A stretch of 64,000 nt of DNA from Octopus vulgaris (Eukaryota), in assembly GCA_951406725.2 (NCBI GenBank), contig OX597814.1, forward strand, positions 32,612,001 to 32,676,000, written 5' to 3'. The notes under the pieces are model-generated. The model was given only the letters and a program-made list of their open reading frames with translations. It did not search any database and was not told the origin of the DNA. Below are positions 23,392 to 37,159 of this stretch, in pieces; the first letter of the stretch is position 1; the number at the start of each line of letters is the position of its first letter. Made by a program: the position numbers and the translations under genes.

Positions 23392-25885
23392 AAGTGACGC
23401 CAACATTAGTCTCGGATCACAACACAATAGAGCTGTGTACGGGTCAAAAATAGCCAGAGACATACAGCCTAAAGGAAGCACCGAAATTACTCCAATCCAA
23501 ATTTCCACAAAGCAGACTGGAAATCGATCCAAGAAGAGATCCTCAGACATTGGCATGAAACTAGATATTTCCTGATACGCAAACCATATGCCAGATATAT
23601 GTTCCAGAGCAGAAGGCCAACATAAAAAGGAATAAAATTCCAAGGGGGAGGAAGATCCTAATGGGACGACGGACGAAGGTTGCAAGTCGACTCCACCAAC
23701 ATTACAAAATTAGCGAAAAGTCCCGCCTAAAAACTATACTGACGGAGACTGAAAAAAGCCTGTGTGGGAGAGAGCAGAAAAAGAAGCCTGGGTTATAAAA
23801 AACATTAAGTCAAAACAAAAGGCTTCTTTCATTATGCGAAAGAAACAGCCTCTGTACGCTGCAAGATATGACCCCTTTTCCAAAAGGATGCTCCCTCGCA
23901 GATAGTCGAACCAGGATCAGCGAGGTACTTAATGACCAGTTCAAAAGTGTCTTTACCACCCTGTTGGAACACGGACAAGTGAACGATCAAGTGGATTTCT
24001 ATAACCAGTGAGGTAGTTAAAATCGATTACATAGACATTAGCAAAGAAGATATATTAATAGCCATAGGTGTGGTGGACGCAAACTCAACTCCTGGTCCTG
24101 ATGCTTTCCCAGCAATCCTTCTCAAATCGTGTAAGCGTGCCCTAGCAAAACCTCTACAGATTCTCTTCCAGAGCTTTCTTGCAAATGGCAGGCTGTAAAA
24201 CAAACTGAAGGAGGGAATAATATGCCCAATCCATAAAGGAAGAAGCAGAGCAGATGCCAAAACCTATAGGCCTATCTCTCCGACTTCATGCATCGGGAAA
24301 GTCATGGAAAGGATAGTTAGAGGGGAACTAATCGCATTCCTTGAAGAAAATGACTTGCTCAGTGATACCCAGCATGGCTTTCGACCAGGTAGGAGCTGCC
24401 TGACTCAGCTCTTATAGCACTATAACTGGGTGTTGAAGCAGTTACTCAACAACTCAAATGTGGTCGTAATATACCTTGATTTTGCAAAAGCTTTTGATGA
24501 AGTGGAACATGGTATGATATGCCACAAACCGCGCTGTCTCGGCATAGCTGGAAAAATTGGAGAGCAGTTACACCTCAATGAAAACACAAATAGAGAACGG
24601 TGTTACACAGGGCACTGTCTGGGGAACCCTACTTTTCATGGTGGCCCTTTCAGATATGCCCTCAACTGCCCGGATAGCCACCCTTGCTATCTATGGAGAC
24701 GATGCGAAAGTCTCGCAGAAAATACAGAACCCCAGTGATGTTGCACACCTGCAGCATTAGATGGACTCAATTTACAGATAGGCTGAGTATAATAATATGC
24801 AGTTTAAAGCTTCAAGATCCGCTGTAAATTTTACACTGTTGGGTGACTATAGCTGGGAGCAGTAATCCAGGCGGCTGAGGACGAACGTCCTCCAGTGGAC
24901 CATTACTGAAACAAGTAAAAGATAACTAATATAGGTAAGAGATTGGTTTTTACGGTTAAAGAAAAACATGCAGCTAAAAGTACATGCATTCATATGTGAG
25001 CATAAACTGCATATTATTATACTCAGCCTATCTGTAAATTGAGTCCATCTAATGCTGAAAAATTCCGAGCTCTCCACTACCAGCGTCCAAAATTGAAAAT
25101 AAAACTTACAGGGTACACTGGACCACAGGGGATAACAATCCCAGAGCCTAAATCAGTGACGGACCTGGATATCGACATGAGTGAAGATACCTGTTTCCAA
25201 GTGCACATTACCAGGATGGCGACAAAGTGCAGGCGACTGGGTGGCTGGACCAGAGAAAAGGAAACCATAATGGTCCACTGGAGGACGTTCGTCCTCAGCC
25301 GCCTGGATTACTGCTCCCAGCTATAGTCACCCAACAGTGTAAAATTAACAGCGGACCTTGAAGCAATCCAGCGAAGATTCACAAAGAAGATCATCTCATT
25401 GTAACAGCTCAGCTACTGGAAAGGCTGAAACAGCTAAGACTCTACTCTCTAAAGCGAAGATGCGAAAGGTATGCAGTTATATACATCTGGAGCATCCTGG
25501 AAGGAATTGTGCCAAATTTTGGTATTGGAAGCTATACCAATGTCACAACGGGTCGATACTGCACAGTGCCAAAGATCCCTGCAAAGCTATCGCGCATCAG
25601 GAACAGATGCTGCAACAGCTTGGATTTCAGGGGCCTACAGCTTTTTAGTATTCCCCCAAAGGACTTAAACAAAATGGATGTAGGTGTTTCCAAATCAAAA
25701 CTGGACCTCTTCTTGTCGAGAGTCCCTGACAAGCCTACCTCACGGGAAGAGTTGCAAATGAGGGTAGTGACATCAAACTCCATTCTTCAACAAGTGTCAC
25801 ATATTAGAGGAGGCTCTCAATAATAACAGTGTTGCAAAACGGCAGTGCCCCAGTGTGGCCACGATCTAAGGTGAAACTACAAAAA
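23392..25885 (+). mobile_element. Decayed CR1-type LINE ORF2 (end of APE endonuclease, RT, 3' UTR)
   Basis: SDHNTIEL, PGPD, YRPISPTS, QHGFRPGRSCLTQL, IYLDFAKAFD, YGDD, LDYCSQL; many stops and deletions. Confidence 0.92.
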
Positions 25886-25905
25886 GAAATATATATATAA
25901 AAATA

Positions 25906-25945
<40 letters not shown>

Positions 25946-26187
25946 TATGTATATATATATATGCATACATATATATGTATATATAAACATATATATGTAC
26001 ATGTATCTATTTACATATATATATATATGTTTACATATATATGCATATATATATACATGTATATGTATCTATGTATCTATATGTATATATATATATACGT
26101 ATATATATATATATATATATACATATATATATACATACATATATACTTACATATATATATTGATATGTATATATATGTATATACATA

Positions 26188-26227
<40 letters not shown>

Positions 26228-26276
26228 AACATATATCTATATATATGTGCATATATATTATATATATATATATATG

Positions 26277-26315
<39 letters not shown>

Positions 26316-26336
26316 CTATACATATGTATATATACG

Positions 26337-26369
<33 letters not shown>

Positions 26370-26567
26370 GTATATATCGATTTATTTTGTAAGGACTTCG
26401 GTTTCTTCTACAAACATTTATGAATTTCCCGTTCCTTACTGCTAGAATAGAGGTAAACATTTTGTTAACTGAATAACTAACGCAGTTTATGCTCACATAT
26501 GAATGCATGTACTTCTAGCTGCATGCTTTTCTTTAACCGTATAAACCAATCTCTCACCTATATTAGT

Positions 26568-26945
26568 TATCTTTTACTTGTTTCAGTCATTAGATTGTGG
26601 TCTTGTTGGGGTACCGCCTTGAAAAATTTCTTGTCGAATGATTTTGCCTCAAAACTTATATATATTTTTATAGCTTTATACTTGTACTATTTTCTTTTCC
26701 AGAACCACTATGTTACAGGGACGTTAGCACACCAATACCGGTTATCAAGCGATGGTGAGGGACAAACACGAAGATGCACACACGCACACGACAGGCTTCT
26801 TTCAGTTTCCATCTATGATTTCCACTCATAAGGCTTTGGTCGACTCGAGGCGAAATTAGAAGACACCGGCCCAGGATGGTATGCAGTGATACTGGACCTG
26901 AAAACATGTGAATGGCAAGCAAGCTTCTTACCAAAGAGCTACACC
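26568..26945 (-). mobile_element. SINE family A, diverged
   Basis: cttttacttgtttcagtcat...cgacaggcttctttcagtttcc...agaagacac. Confidence 0.8.
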
Positions 26946-28453
26946 AAGAAATTTATCAATTATGAAATAATATTCACACATTTAAAGTTTACAAAATTCT
27001 GAAATTTAATAGAGTTTGAAACTTACATCAAAATCTTAAGTTTAACTCGGCTTCATTTTCTACAAAGAAAATCAGATTTTGATATTCTATGCCTCAGTTA
27101 TAATTTTGGAAATTGGTATAACCGTCACGAGACTTTAGAGGAAATTTTTATATATGTGAAAACTTTCATGAGCAAATTTCATTGAATGGGCAACATTTTT
27201 TTAAATGAAGTTTTATATGTTTTTAGGCACGTTTCTTTTTTTTTTTTTTTCACTTCTTGATTTATCTTTCTAACACCAAAGAAGTAGAAAGAACACGCAA
27301 TTCCTTTCAACAGAACTAAATAGAAAGAAAAGAAAGCTAGCGAGAAAAAAAAAAAAACGAGTACAAATTATCCTTCTGTACAGAAATGAAGCTAAACAAG
27401 TACTGGGGGGGAATTATAGAAGATAACTAGACCGCTGATATGTTAAGCTGAGTAAATTCAAAACATATTCTGCCTTTTTGCCAAAAAGTGAAAATACATG
27501 AAAAAAAGACGACAGAAAAGTAAAAAAAAAAGAAAATAATTTCCCTCTCTTCGCATTACTTAAATACTATTTCTAAGGTATATATCAACACTTATGGATA
27601 ATGAACTTATATGTAATAATTCAGTGTTGATTGATTTTTTTTTTTTATGTACATCTCGACTCCAACATTTTTTTTTTCTTTTATCGATCGAACAAATCTA
27701 TGAAGTGCAGCAAAAATTTTTCTGTCTTTGATGAAGAGATCAAAGCATTTTTATACTGTTTTTATAGGCTACGAATTATACTTTTTCATCTCAATCTTTC
27801 CCCGCATATATCATATATATATATAGTATGTAGTTATGTATGTATGTATATGATTTTTTTTTTCTATTTAGCAACTTTTGATATACCATATTGCAAAAGT
27901 GAAAATGTTTGATGCCTACATAGCTTGTAGCAATATTCATTGAACGATAGATTATTTGCAACTTAAGAAGTCATAATTACCCGCAAGCTGGTCGCCTTCT
28001 AGAACCGTTAATTTCACTTACATGTCGGCAAAGGAATATAATAGTTTATTGAAAGAGATAAGGTAACTATATAAGCGAGAAACTTAACATCTGTGTAAGT
28101 TACTTACATATAGCTGCAAGTGCTGCCTTTATTCTCGTCTCGTTGATACGATACTAGCATTTTCTTTTTTTTCTTTCTTTTTTTTTTTTTCATTTCGTAT
28201 TTCATTTTTCATTCTTCTGTTTCTTTACTGGGCGATATTTAGAGGAAAAGAACATAAAAAAAGGGAAAAGAAATAATAATATACGTACAGACACACACAC
28301 ACACACACGTACATGAAGGGAGTGCTGCAGCATGGCCCAGGCTGTTAAGGCAAAACAAACCAAAAAACGCGTGCATATATATTTATATATAGCGAGATAG
28401 AGAGAGACATATAGATGGATAGTTAGATAGATAGATATTATTATAGCATAATA

Positions 28454-28489
<36 letters not shown>

Positions 28490-28525
28490 GCATACGCACA
28501 CACATATGTATATACATACACACAT

Positions 28526-28596
<71 letters not shown>

Positions 28597-28619
28597 CATA
28601 CATACATATATATATATAT

Positions 28620-28995
28620 GTTGTTGTATTTAGGAATGGTCATTTTGCCAGTTTAGCCAATAAAAACACACGCACTATATATTTGATGTTACTTTGCTTC
28701 AGTGTTATTTATCTTTTACATTAATCTTAATCTTATTTCGGCCAGAGTTCTTTCGTCACACTCCTGTGACCGCATTAGTGGTCCTTTGTTTTCTTCTTAC
28801 TTATTTGTGTCTCTCCTTACTAACCGTTAGCCATTTTGTATTTCTATTGTATGTCTTCATTTGCGCATGCTTATATCTCTATGTGCGTTTATGTTTATTT
28901 AGTGTGTGTATGTGGGGGATGCCTGTAATATTTGTATCTTCTGTTTATATATGTTCATGTAATTTGTAATTTTATATGTTCATGTAATTTGTATT
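28620..28995 (-). mobile_element. pLTR/3' UTR of the Penelope family at 13453-15120, in (TA)n
   Basis: ggaatggtcattttgccagtttagccaataaaaacacacgca matches the reverse complement of 15066-15110; HHR-like fold at 28740-28784. Confidence 0.8.
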
Positions 28996-28996
28996 T

Positions 28997-29040
<44 letters not shown>

Positions 29041-29419
29041 CATATATGCATATATGTGTTTAAATATACACAAATATACTCAGGCACTCATATGTATGCA
29101 TATATTATAGTAGGGGTACGCTGATATCAACTCATAAGTGCCAGTCAAAGTGTTCCATATTTGGTGTTCGCGTAATTTATGCTAAATTGTTTATACATTT
29201 TCATATTGAGACATCGGAACAACTGTATGTTGGAGCATTCGTGTTAAAGAATATGTTTTTTATGCTCGAAATCTAGATTAGTATAGAGCATATTATATTG
29301 TTAAGCTAGATTTAACATTCTTTTTCTATTCTTGTACAGCAAGAAAACAAAATGTCGCTTGTAAATGCCGCTATATGCAAGTAATCGGGTAATCGCGTCA
29401 TTTACAATTACATCGATGA

Positions 29420-30495
29420 CGGGGGGAGGAGGAGTAAGAGGATCCTGGTGGGGATGACGATGACGACGAGGATAATGATGATGATGCGGATTATAATGGT
29501 TGTTGTGATGGTGACAAGTTGTTTGAGAGGTGGTTGTAGGGGTATTAGTATTAGTGATTATGATGTGATGGTGGTGGTGATGGTAATGGTAGTGGAAGTG
29601 GTGGTCGTGGTTGTGGTCGTGGTCGTGGCGTCGGTGGAAGGTGGAGGTGATGCTGGTGATGTAGGATAATGTTGCACGTGCTTCTGATGCTGAAGTTGAT
29701 GATGATCATGATGATCAATATGAGTGTGTAAAAAACACGACGAATACTATGAGTGTGTAACAGCAATGGCGGTGGGGACTATAATGACGATGACGACAAG
29801 ATGGATGACGAGGAGTAGATTTGTAGTTATGCTGCTGATAGTGATGATGGTGAGGAGGAGGAGGAGGAGGAGGAGGATGGAGGAGGAGGAGAAGGAGGAA
29901 GAGGAGGAGGAATATGTAGAAGAGAAGGGGGGAGGAAGAAGAAGGGAAGGAGGAAGAGGAAGTGGAGGAAGAGGGGGAAGGGGAGAAAGAGGGGAGGAGG
30001 AGGAGGGGGAGGAGTGAGTGGATGTGGATGATGATGATGATGATGAGGAGGAGGAGGAGGAGGAGGAGGGAGTGGATGTGGATGATGATGAGGAGGAGGA
30101 AGGAGACGAGGAGGGAGTGGAAGAGGAGAAGGAGGAGGAGAAAGAGGAGAAAGAGGAGGAGGGAGTGGAGGAGGAGGATGAAGAAGAGAAAGGGGAGGAA
30201 GAGGAAGAGAAAAAGGAGGAAGGGGAGGAAGAGGAAGATAAGGAGGAGGAGGAAGAAGTTGAGAAAATGGAGAAAGCGGAGGAGGAGGAGAGCAGCAGCA
30301 GCAGCAGCAGCAGAAGTCGGACGAAAATGAGGTGAAGTAGGAGGAGGAGGAGGAGGAGGAGGAGGAGGAAAAGCAGGTAGATGACGAAGAGCCGAAGATG
30401 GAAGAGCAGAAGGAGGAGGAGGAGGATGGTGACGACAACGACGACGAGGACGATGATGATGATGATGATGATAATGATGATGCTGATATGATGAA
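29420..30495. repeat. Purine-rich low-complexity tract ((GAG)n, (GAT)n, (GGT)n, (CAG)n)
   Basis: Direct reading; strongly strand-asymmetric. Confidence 0.9.
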
Positions 30496-30802
30496 GGAAA
30501 GAAAATGTACAATGAAGCTGATCGAACCACTGTCACTGAAGATTAATGATAATTCTATAATTGCGTTTGCACATCGAGCAACCGTAGAGTTCTAGCAGCA
30601 AATTTTACAAGTTGTTCGAAATTAAGAATAAAAGATGTACGTATTCAAGGATGACTGCTTGCATTCATGTATATACGTATGTATGTATGTATGTATGTAT
30701 GTATGTATGTATGTATGTATGTTTGGGTGACTGCCTGCCTGTCTCTCTGTCTCTCTGTGTGTATATGTATATATATACACATCGACACATATATATATAT
30801 AT

Positions 30803-30893
<91 letters not shown>

Positions 30894-30967
30894 TATACAC
30901 ATCGACATATATATAAACATCTACATATATAAACACATACACGCATATATACATATATATATGTATG

Positions 30968-31053
<86 letters not shown>

Positions 31054-31899
31054 CATTCATGTAAGTATTGTATTTTTATATGTATGTACGTGTAAATTGC
31101 AGATCCGTGCTTTCTCTATTTCAAAATTTTATGAGCTCCAAATATGATACAAGTAATATGTTGCTCCTTTAGGCTAGTTTCCTCATTCTATTAGGAAACT
31201 AATACTGAAAACAAAAAGAGAGTGAGACATAATGAAAGCATGAATAAAGGAAAGAAGAGAAAGAAACAAAGAAATAGATAATGAAAGAGATAGAAAAAAA
31301 GGGTGATAGAGAGAAGATAATATAGATGAAATTCTACTTATTAAAGTAAGTAAACCCCACAGTAAAATATGTTCTTCTATAGTTAGTGCTGTTTCACACA
31401 GACGACTACGTCGCCAGTACTGTTGAGAATGGTGCGAAGATCACAACTTCCTAAAACTCCAGGATATATAATTATATATACAAGAAAATGGTAATATTAT
31501 TCTACTTCAGGGTTTTCTTTCTTAGTTGTGGCATATTAAACTGTATGTTGCAATCGTATTCAGTTGTTGTCTGAAATATAACAGTACATAATAGAAATGA
31601 AATGAAGTTGGATGACAATGTATTATATTTAAGGTTTTAACTTACATTTTAAGTACTATCTTACGACACAATATTAAGCAGGGTATTGGTTTAATGAACT
31701 GTACTCAACAGTCAGTTCTCTCTCATGTCATATCCTACTATCATTGAAGACAGGCTAGATGGGATGAAATATATATGGCAGAAAAAATGTCTATTAACGG
31801 CTAGATCCCTTTGAAACATTGGCTCGATCGGGCTTAAACATCAATCTTGACTTGAAATACTTAACTATAAGTATGTTGAATGAGCTCCTCCACGTTGGA

Positions 31900-33138
31900 C
31901 AACAGAGTGATATCTGATCCCTTTATAGAGTGTTTGAGTGTCGGTTTGGTGTCTGAAATGGGATAGCTTACCTCATGGGCAGGTAGAAGCTCTTTAACCT
32001 TGGTTGGTAATCCACCTAGGAGAATGAAATCTGCGAAATAAAACTTGAGGCCTTGAAAGTTCAGGGTTAGCGGCGAAAGTCTTCTTGAGCCAAAAGGTGG
32101 GGGTAGTGCAGTGCAAGCTACACCCGCTGACAATTATTCATCTGCACGGGTACTTCTTGTACACCAAATCTTAGTAAAATCATTGAATTGGTTGGTTGGC
32201 AGAAATCTAAAAATGCACTTGAAAATTACTCTAAAATGTCTCAAACAGAATTAGTAAAGGACAAAAAAGGCTTGGGAATGTCAGGGGAACAGCTCTGGCT
32301 CGGCAGGTGTCCCAATGTATCACAGGCTGGGCCCGGTCGTCATCTTGCCATTCTGATTAAACAATTTTCAAGAAAAAGTAAAAAAATAAGCACCCTTTCA
32401 ATTCTGGTAGTTGGAATGTGTATACACTTCTTGATAATTTCAACAAGAAGCCAGAAAAGCGTGCTGCACTTATTGCCTGTGAGCTTAAAAAGTATTCCTT
32501 TGATATAGCTGTGCTCTCTGAAACTCGTCTCTCTGGATATGAACCTACTCATTGATATACTATCTTTCGGAGAGGCTTAAATGAGGGATCCGCGGAATCT
32601 GGTGTTGGGTTTGGTCTCAAGATTTCATTAGTATCCTTTATTGCAGAATTTCCAAGTGGTGTATCTGAACGAACCATATCATGCCTTATAAAGCTGACAA
32701 AAGGTAGGTTTCTTACCGTTGTCAGTATTTATGCACCAACAAAGTCTAATTCTGATGAAACTGTAGAACAGGTTAATGATAATCTAGTACAATTACTGAA
32801 GAAAGTACCAATTTTTGACAAGCTGTTCATATTGGGAGATTTCAACGAAAGAGCTGGAAATGACTACGTGTCATGGCTTGTTTTAGGTCGACATGGGATT
32901 GGAAAATGAAATACAAATGGATTAGCTCTTTCGGCATTTTGTACTGAAATAGCCTGGTTGTTACCAACACTCTGTTTAAGCAGGAAAATAAATATAAAAC
33001 CACCGGGATATGCACCCAAGATCTAACCACTAGTATCTCATTGGTTATATTTTGATCAGAAAATGTGATATGTAAGATGTTTCTAGCGTTCGAGTCATGA
33101 GAGGAGCAGAGAGCTGGATTGACCATCGTCTAGTGCGT
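31900..33138 (+). mobile_element. RTE-clade LINE 5' fragment (APE endonuclease), decayed
   Basis: SWNVYTLLD, AALIACELKKYSFDIAVLSETRL, SGVGF, VSIYAPT, LFILGDFN, VLGRHGIGK, LVVTNTLF, DHRLVR. Confidence 0.85.
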
Positions 33139-33388
33139 TTACCCGCTCTCCTATGCTCCGTGCTATTTCCCCTTATGTACGTCGTTGTCTTTTTACTGCG
33201 CCATCCCTCTGTATATCTTATACTATAGACTACATTTCTTACTTTACAGTTTGTTTGTGGACTAAATCTACATACAGTACAGTTCCTATCAGTACAGGGG
33301 TACTACTACAAGGGTAGCTCCTACCGATTAGGGATGTGATAGGATTGCCTGGCCTTTCAACAACCTTAATTCTTAGCTTAAGTTTGTC
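33138..33388 (-). mobile_element. Penelope fragment (linker/GIY-YIG), paralog of 13923-14173
   Basis: Direct nucleotide similarity over ~250 bp. Confidence 0.9.
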
Positions 33389-34426
33389 TAGGGCCGTTCA
33401 GAAAACATTAAAGGTGATTCCCTTCCTTACGACTACAACGTCAACATGGTAACCATTGCCAAAAGCAAAATCTTCCAACTCCAAAATAAAAGCCGCATCC
33501 AGACTTTACATATAAACGAGAAAACTTCATCAGTGAAACATCTAATGAGAAAGTCTCTAAATTTCCAACTAGCATTTTTCTAAATCCCTATTCAACAAAA
33601 TTTTTCCCAATCTTACCCATTCCATTAGTTTCTCCTAGATTGCGCATAATTTTGTAATGAAAATGCAGCGCTCAAGAAATTATACTTTTCTGGTCGGCCT
33701 AGACTGGGTATGAGTATTGAAAGGTATAGGGAGTGATCATCAAATCGTAAATTTGACCCAAGTGATTGCATAAGAGTGGGCTTCTCTAAAGTGATTCAAT
33801 GGCAGCTTCGTGGAGTTAAGCAAGGCGACGGAATTAAGTTTGCAACTCAAGAACTCAAATTATAAATATGCATAACAAATACCACAAAGCACTTTGTCCG
33901 ACGCTCCAACAACACTTCCAAACCACAGAAAAAGGCTGCTAAGTTATTTTATCGACGCCAGTGGTATAAAAGCTAAAGAGTCTTTACTGAATACAAAAGA
34001 AACCGACAGTGTGTAAATAGAAAACAATTCTTTAAAGAAAACAAGTAATGCAAAACTAAATTTTCAAGAACAAAGTAAAAGTAGCATAAAAATCAATGCA
34101 GTACTTAATGCAACAGAAGCAGGAGAATTCTGCGAAATAATCATCGCAGACAAGCTTGCTGAAAGCGGTAAACACTGCTCCTAGGCAATCGTAAATGCCT
34201 GTTTGAACTTAAAATCGAGCCCAAGGGCTATAATTAATGGCTAATTAAAAACATATCAGGAAATGATAAAAATCTAAAGCTTTATACAAACATTTAATAC
34301 ATTGAATACGAGCGGGAAATTATCATTTAATCTCCAAGATTTTTTTTAAAATACCTAAAAAAAAAGACAAGTCAATAATCTTATTGTCTAATACTTAATA
34401 GGTTTTATTTTCAATAATATCACAGA

Positions 34427-34755
34427 GTCTGGGGAGAGTAATTTTCTTTTTGTGTCTTATTATGTAACACACTCACCGGTAAAATTTCCACGTTTTTCTT
34501 ATTTTTATTTTCCTAAAATTTTCGTTGCGTCTTACAACATTTTCAATAGTTGAGAGTCAAAACTATTGAAAAGGTTGCAAGACGCAACGAAAATTTTAGG
34601 ACAATAAAAATAAGAAAAACGTGGAAATTTTACCGGTGAGTATGTAATATTATAAGGCACAAAAAGAAAATGACTCTCCCCAGACACAATAGAATATGCT
34701 TCAACACACGAACTCATATAAAGTATCTTGCAAACAAAATGCAAAAACGAAATAT
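34427..34755. mobile_element. Penelope-like pLTR foldback (125-bp arms, 9-nt spacer, right arm extended ~70 nt)
   Basis: 34427-34551 pairs with 34561-34685; HHR-like fold at 34563-34599. Confidence 0.7.
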
Positions 34756-36352
34756 CACTGAGGATAATTCAATATATGAACATAAACAATCATTTCAAAA
34801 AAACAGATGATATGCTACGAAGGTCATAAATTTAAAGATGATTTTTAAACATAAACATGAATTAAGTCCATAACCGAAGACGTAGGAGAAAAAGGGGCAC
34901 GAAAATGATATGAATTGACTAACAGAACTTTATAGTATGATTAATATGCGAATCCTGAAACTTTAGTTATAGTCGCGTCACTAATAAACAGTTAATTCAA
35001 ATATTCATTGAATAAATAGCAAACTGATATCTACAGAGATATCTGAGGGAGTCATATTTAAAAAATACTAATATCATCTCTATTAGGGAGTTTATTCCAA
35101 GGAGACTTACTTTCATGAATATCTCTGTTTCGTCAGTAGTTATCACTTTTATCGAACATATTAACAAGGTTGTCCTCGAATACGAAATAAGTTGGAGTAC
35201 AACAAGCTCTTTTTGTAAATGTACGACCTCAAATATGTTGCAGCAATAAACATCTTGAAATACTACAACAGAGTGTGTACGGATCATTGAACATATGGAT
35301 TTACTAGCTGAAAATAACTGAGGTTTGAAAGAGAAAAAATGGCCTAAGGTAACCATTAAGAGCTCTAATGTCCTATAGGTAACGAAACAGTGATAAGCAG
35401 ATCGAAACCGAAACAAAATTTACAAATACTTAAGAATCAGTAAAGTAGACAGAGATCATCACACAAATGAAAGAAAAGATTAGAATGAAGAATTATAGAC
35501 GCCTCAGATTAATACGTAAGTGCATAAATATTGTAATCGTTAGCTATAAGCTATGTGATATTGTAACAAGTTATGTAATATTCTCAACTGTAGACTAAGT
35601 TAATTGGTAGGATTACTCAGAAAAAATATATGACTGCATATCGAAAGCACCGCGTAAAATCTGATATAGAACGTTTATACTTAACATGAAAAGAGAAAAA
35701 ATAGTAACTTTAGCCATTATAAAATTGTTGTAAAATATTCAGTATAAGACTACAAATATATGCAATAATGTACAACTAGTTACAAAGAACAAATAAATCA
35801 AACACAATTTTTCTTTCTTCCAGAAGCCAACAAATACAAAATAGAGTCTGGATTAATAGGCAGTTATGAGATGGAAAAATTACAATGGAAATTGTAAAAA
35901 AAAAAATATGCGAAGAACTAAGAGTAATAAAAGAAACTGGCCTTCTGAATGCTATGATGGTAAGAAAATCTCCTATATGGCCAATACTTGAAGAATTATT
36001 GGCTATTCTACGGTCTACAAAGAACTAAGGCCTTCTTGATCAAATAAACAATAATAAACACTCCAAAAACAAAATATCTAAATACAAAGATCTGTGGACA
36101 AAATTAATCAGAATGTAGAAAATAAATCCGTAGTCATTAAAGTTATCATAAAAAAATCTAAATCTATGCATCATTTTTGTATATATGTGTATATATATGG
36201 GAAAGAGGGAGAATGCAGTGACATTAGTTGAGTATATCAATTATATGATTAAACTAAAACTGTCTTTGTATTAGCCATAATTTTTCAGCGATATATTTGT
36301 TAAAACGTCGTGCATAAAAAAAACCCAGATATGTAGTATGGTATCCCATATA

Positions 36353-36563
36353 CAAGGTGGCCCAAAAATTCGTTTAAAGTTATCACGTAGGCACTTTAAA
36401 TTTCTTTAAGACAATTTTATTTCATTTAAATTTCTATCTTACAATTAAGTAAATTAGCATAGAATAATGGTTTCATATTGTTTTTATAATTAAGATCTAA
36501 ACTATTAATATATGAATGCGAAAGATAGTTGAATAACTGTAAACCTACTTTTGGGCTACTCTG
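36353..36563. mobile_element. Tc1/mariner-type MITE (211 bp)
   Basis: TA|caaggtggcccaaaaattcgtttaaagtta ... taactgtaaacctacttttgggctactctg|TA. Confidence 0.7.
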
Positions 36564-37006
36564 TATACTATCCGTAAGAGCAAATGTGCAACATTTATAA
36601 AATGTAACGGGCATAAACCCAACTATAACAAATGATTAAATCTTGTGTATAATACAAGCAACGATACTTAAGAGATTGTGAATATCTGTGAGTGAACACT
36701 GGCATGTATATGCTAGATTGTGCGGTTGTGTATAGATACATGCGTACATACACGCACATACTCGCGGGCTGCAAGTACGCAAGTGCACCATCGCACAGGC
36801 TCCTACGTGTGCGCGCATACATGCACACACGAACGCAAGTACGCACCACTCGTACGAACAAAAACACACATATATTAAATGATTATCGTGAAAACCTACT
36901 TGTGACACCAACCCATCAATACTGAAGTCAGATAACCTGCATATAAACCAATCCTTATATACACAAAAGTTTATATATATACGCACATTGATATGTATGT
37001 GTGAGA

Positions 37007-37039
<33 letters not shown>

Positions 37040-37096
37040 TATGAGTGTATGTGAGTGCATGTTTGTGTGTGCATGTGTGTATATGTATGTATGTGT

Positions 37097-37159
<63 letters not shown>

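Noticed and set aside
29715-30595. Long acidic, Arg-rich and Pro/Leu-rich ORFs
   Set aside because: Open in several frames on both strands because of trinucleotide low complexity; no domain or splice evidence
33900-36040. A-rich stretch that might be an ancient LINE ORF (similar impression at 21850-22750)
   Set aside because: No recognisable motif could be read with confidence
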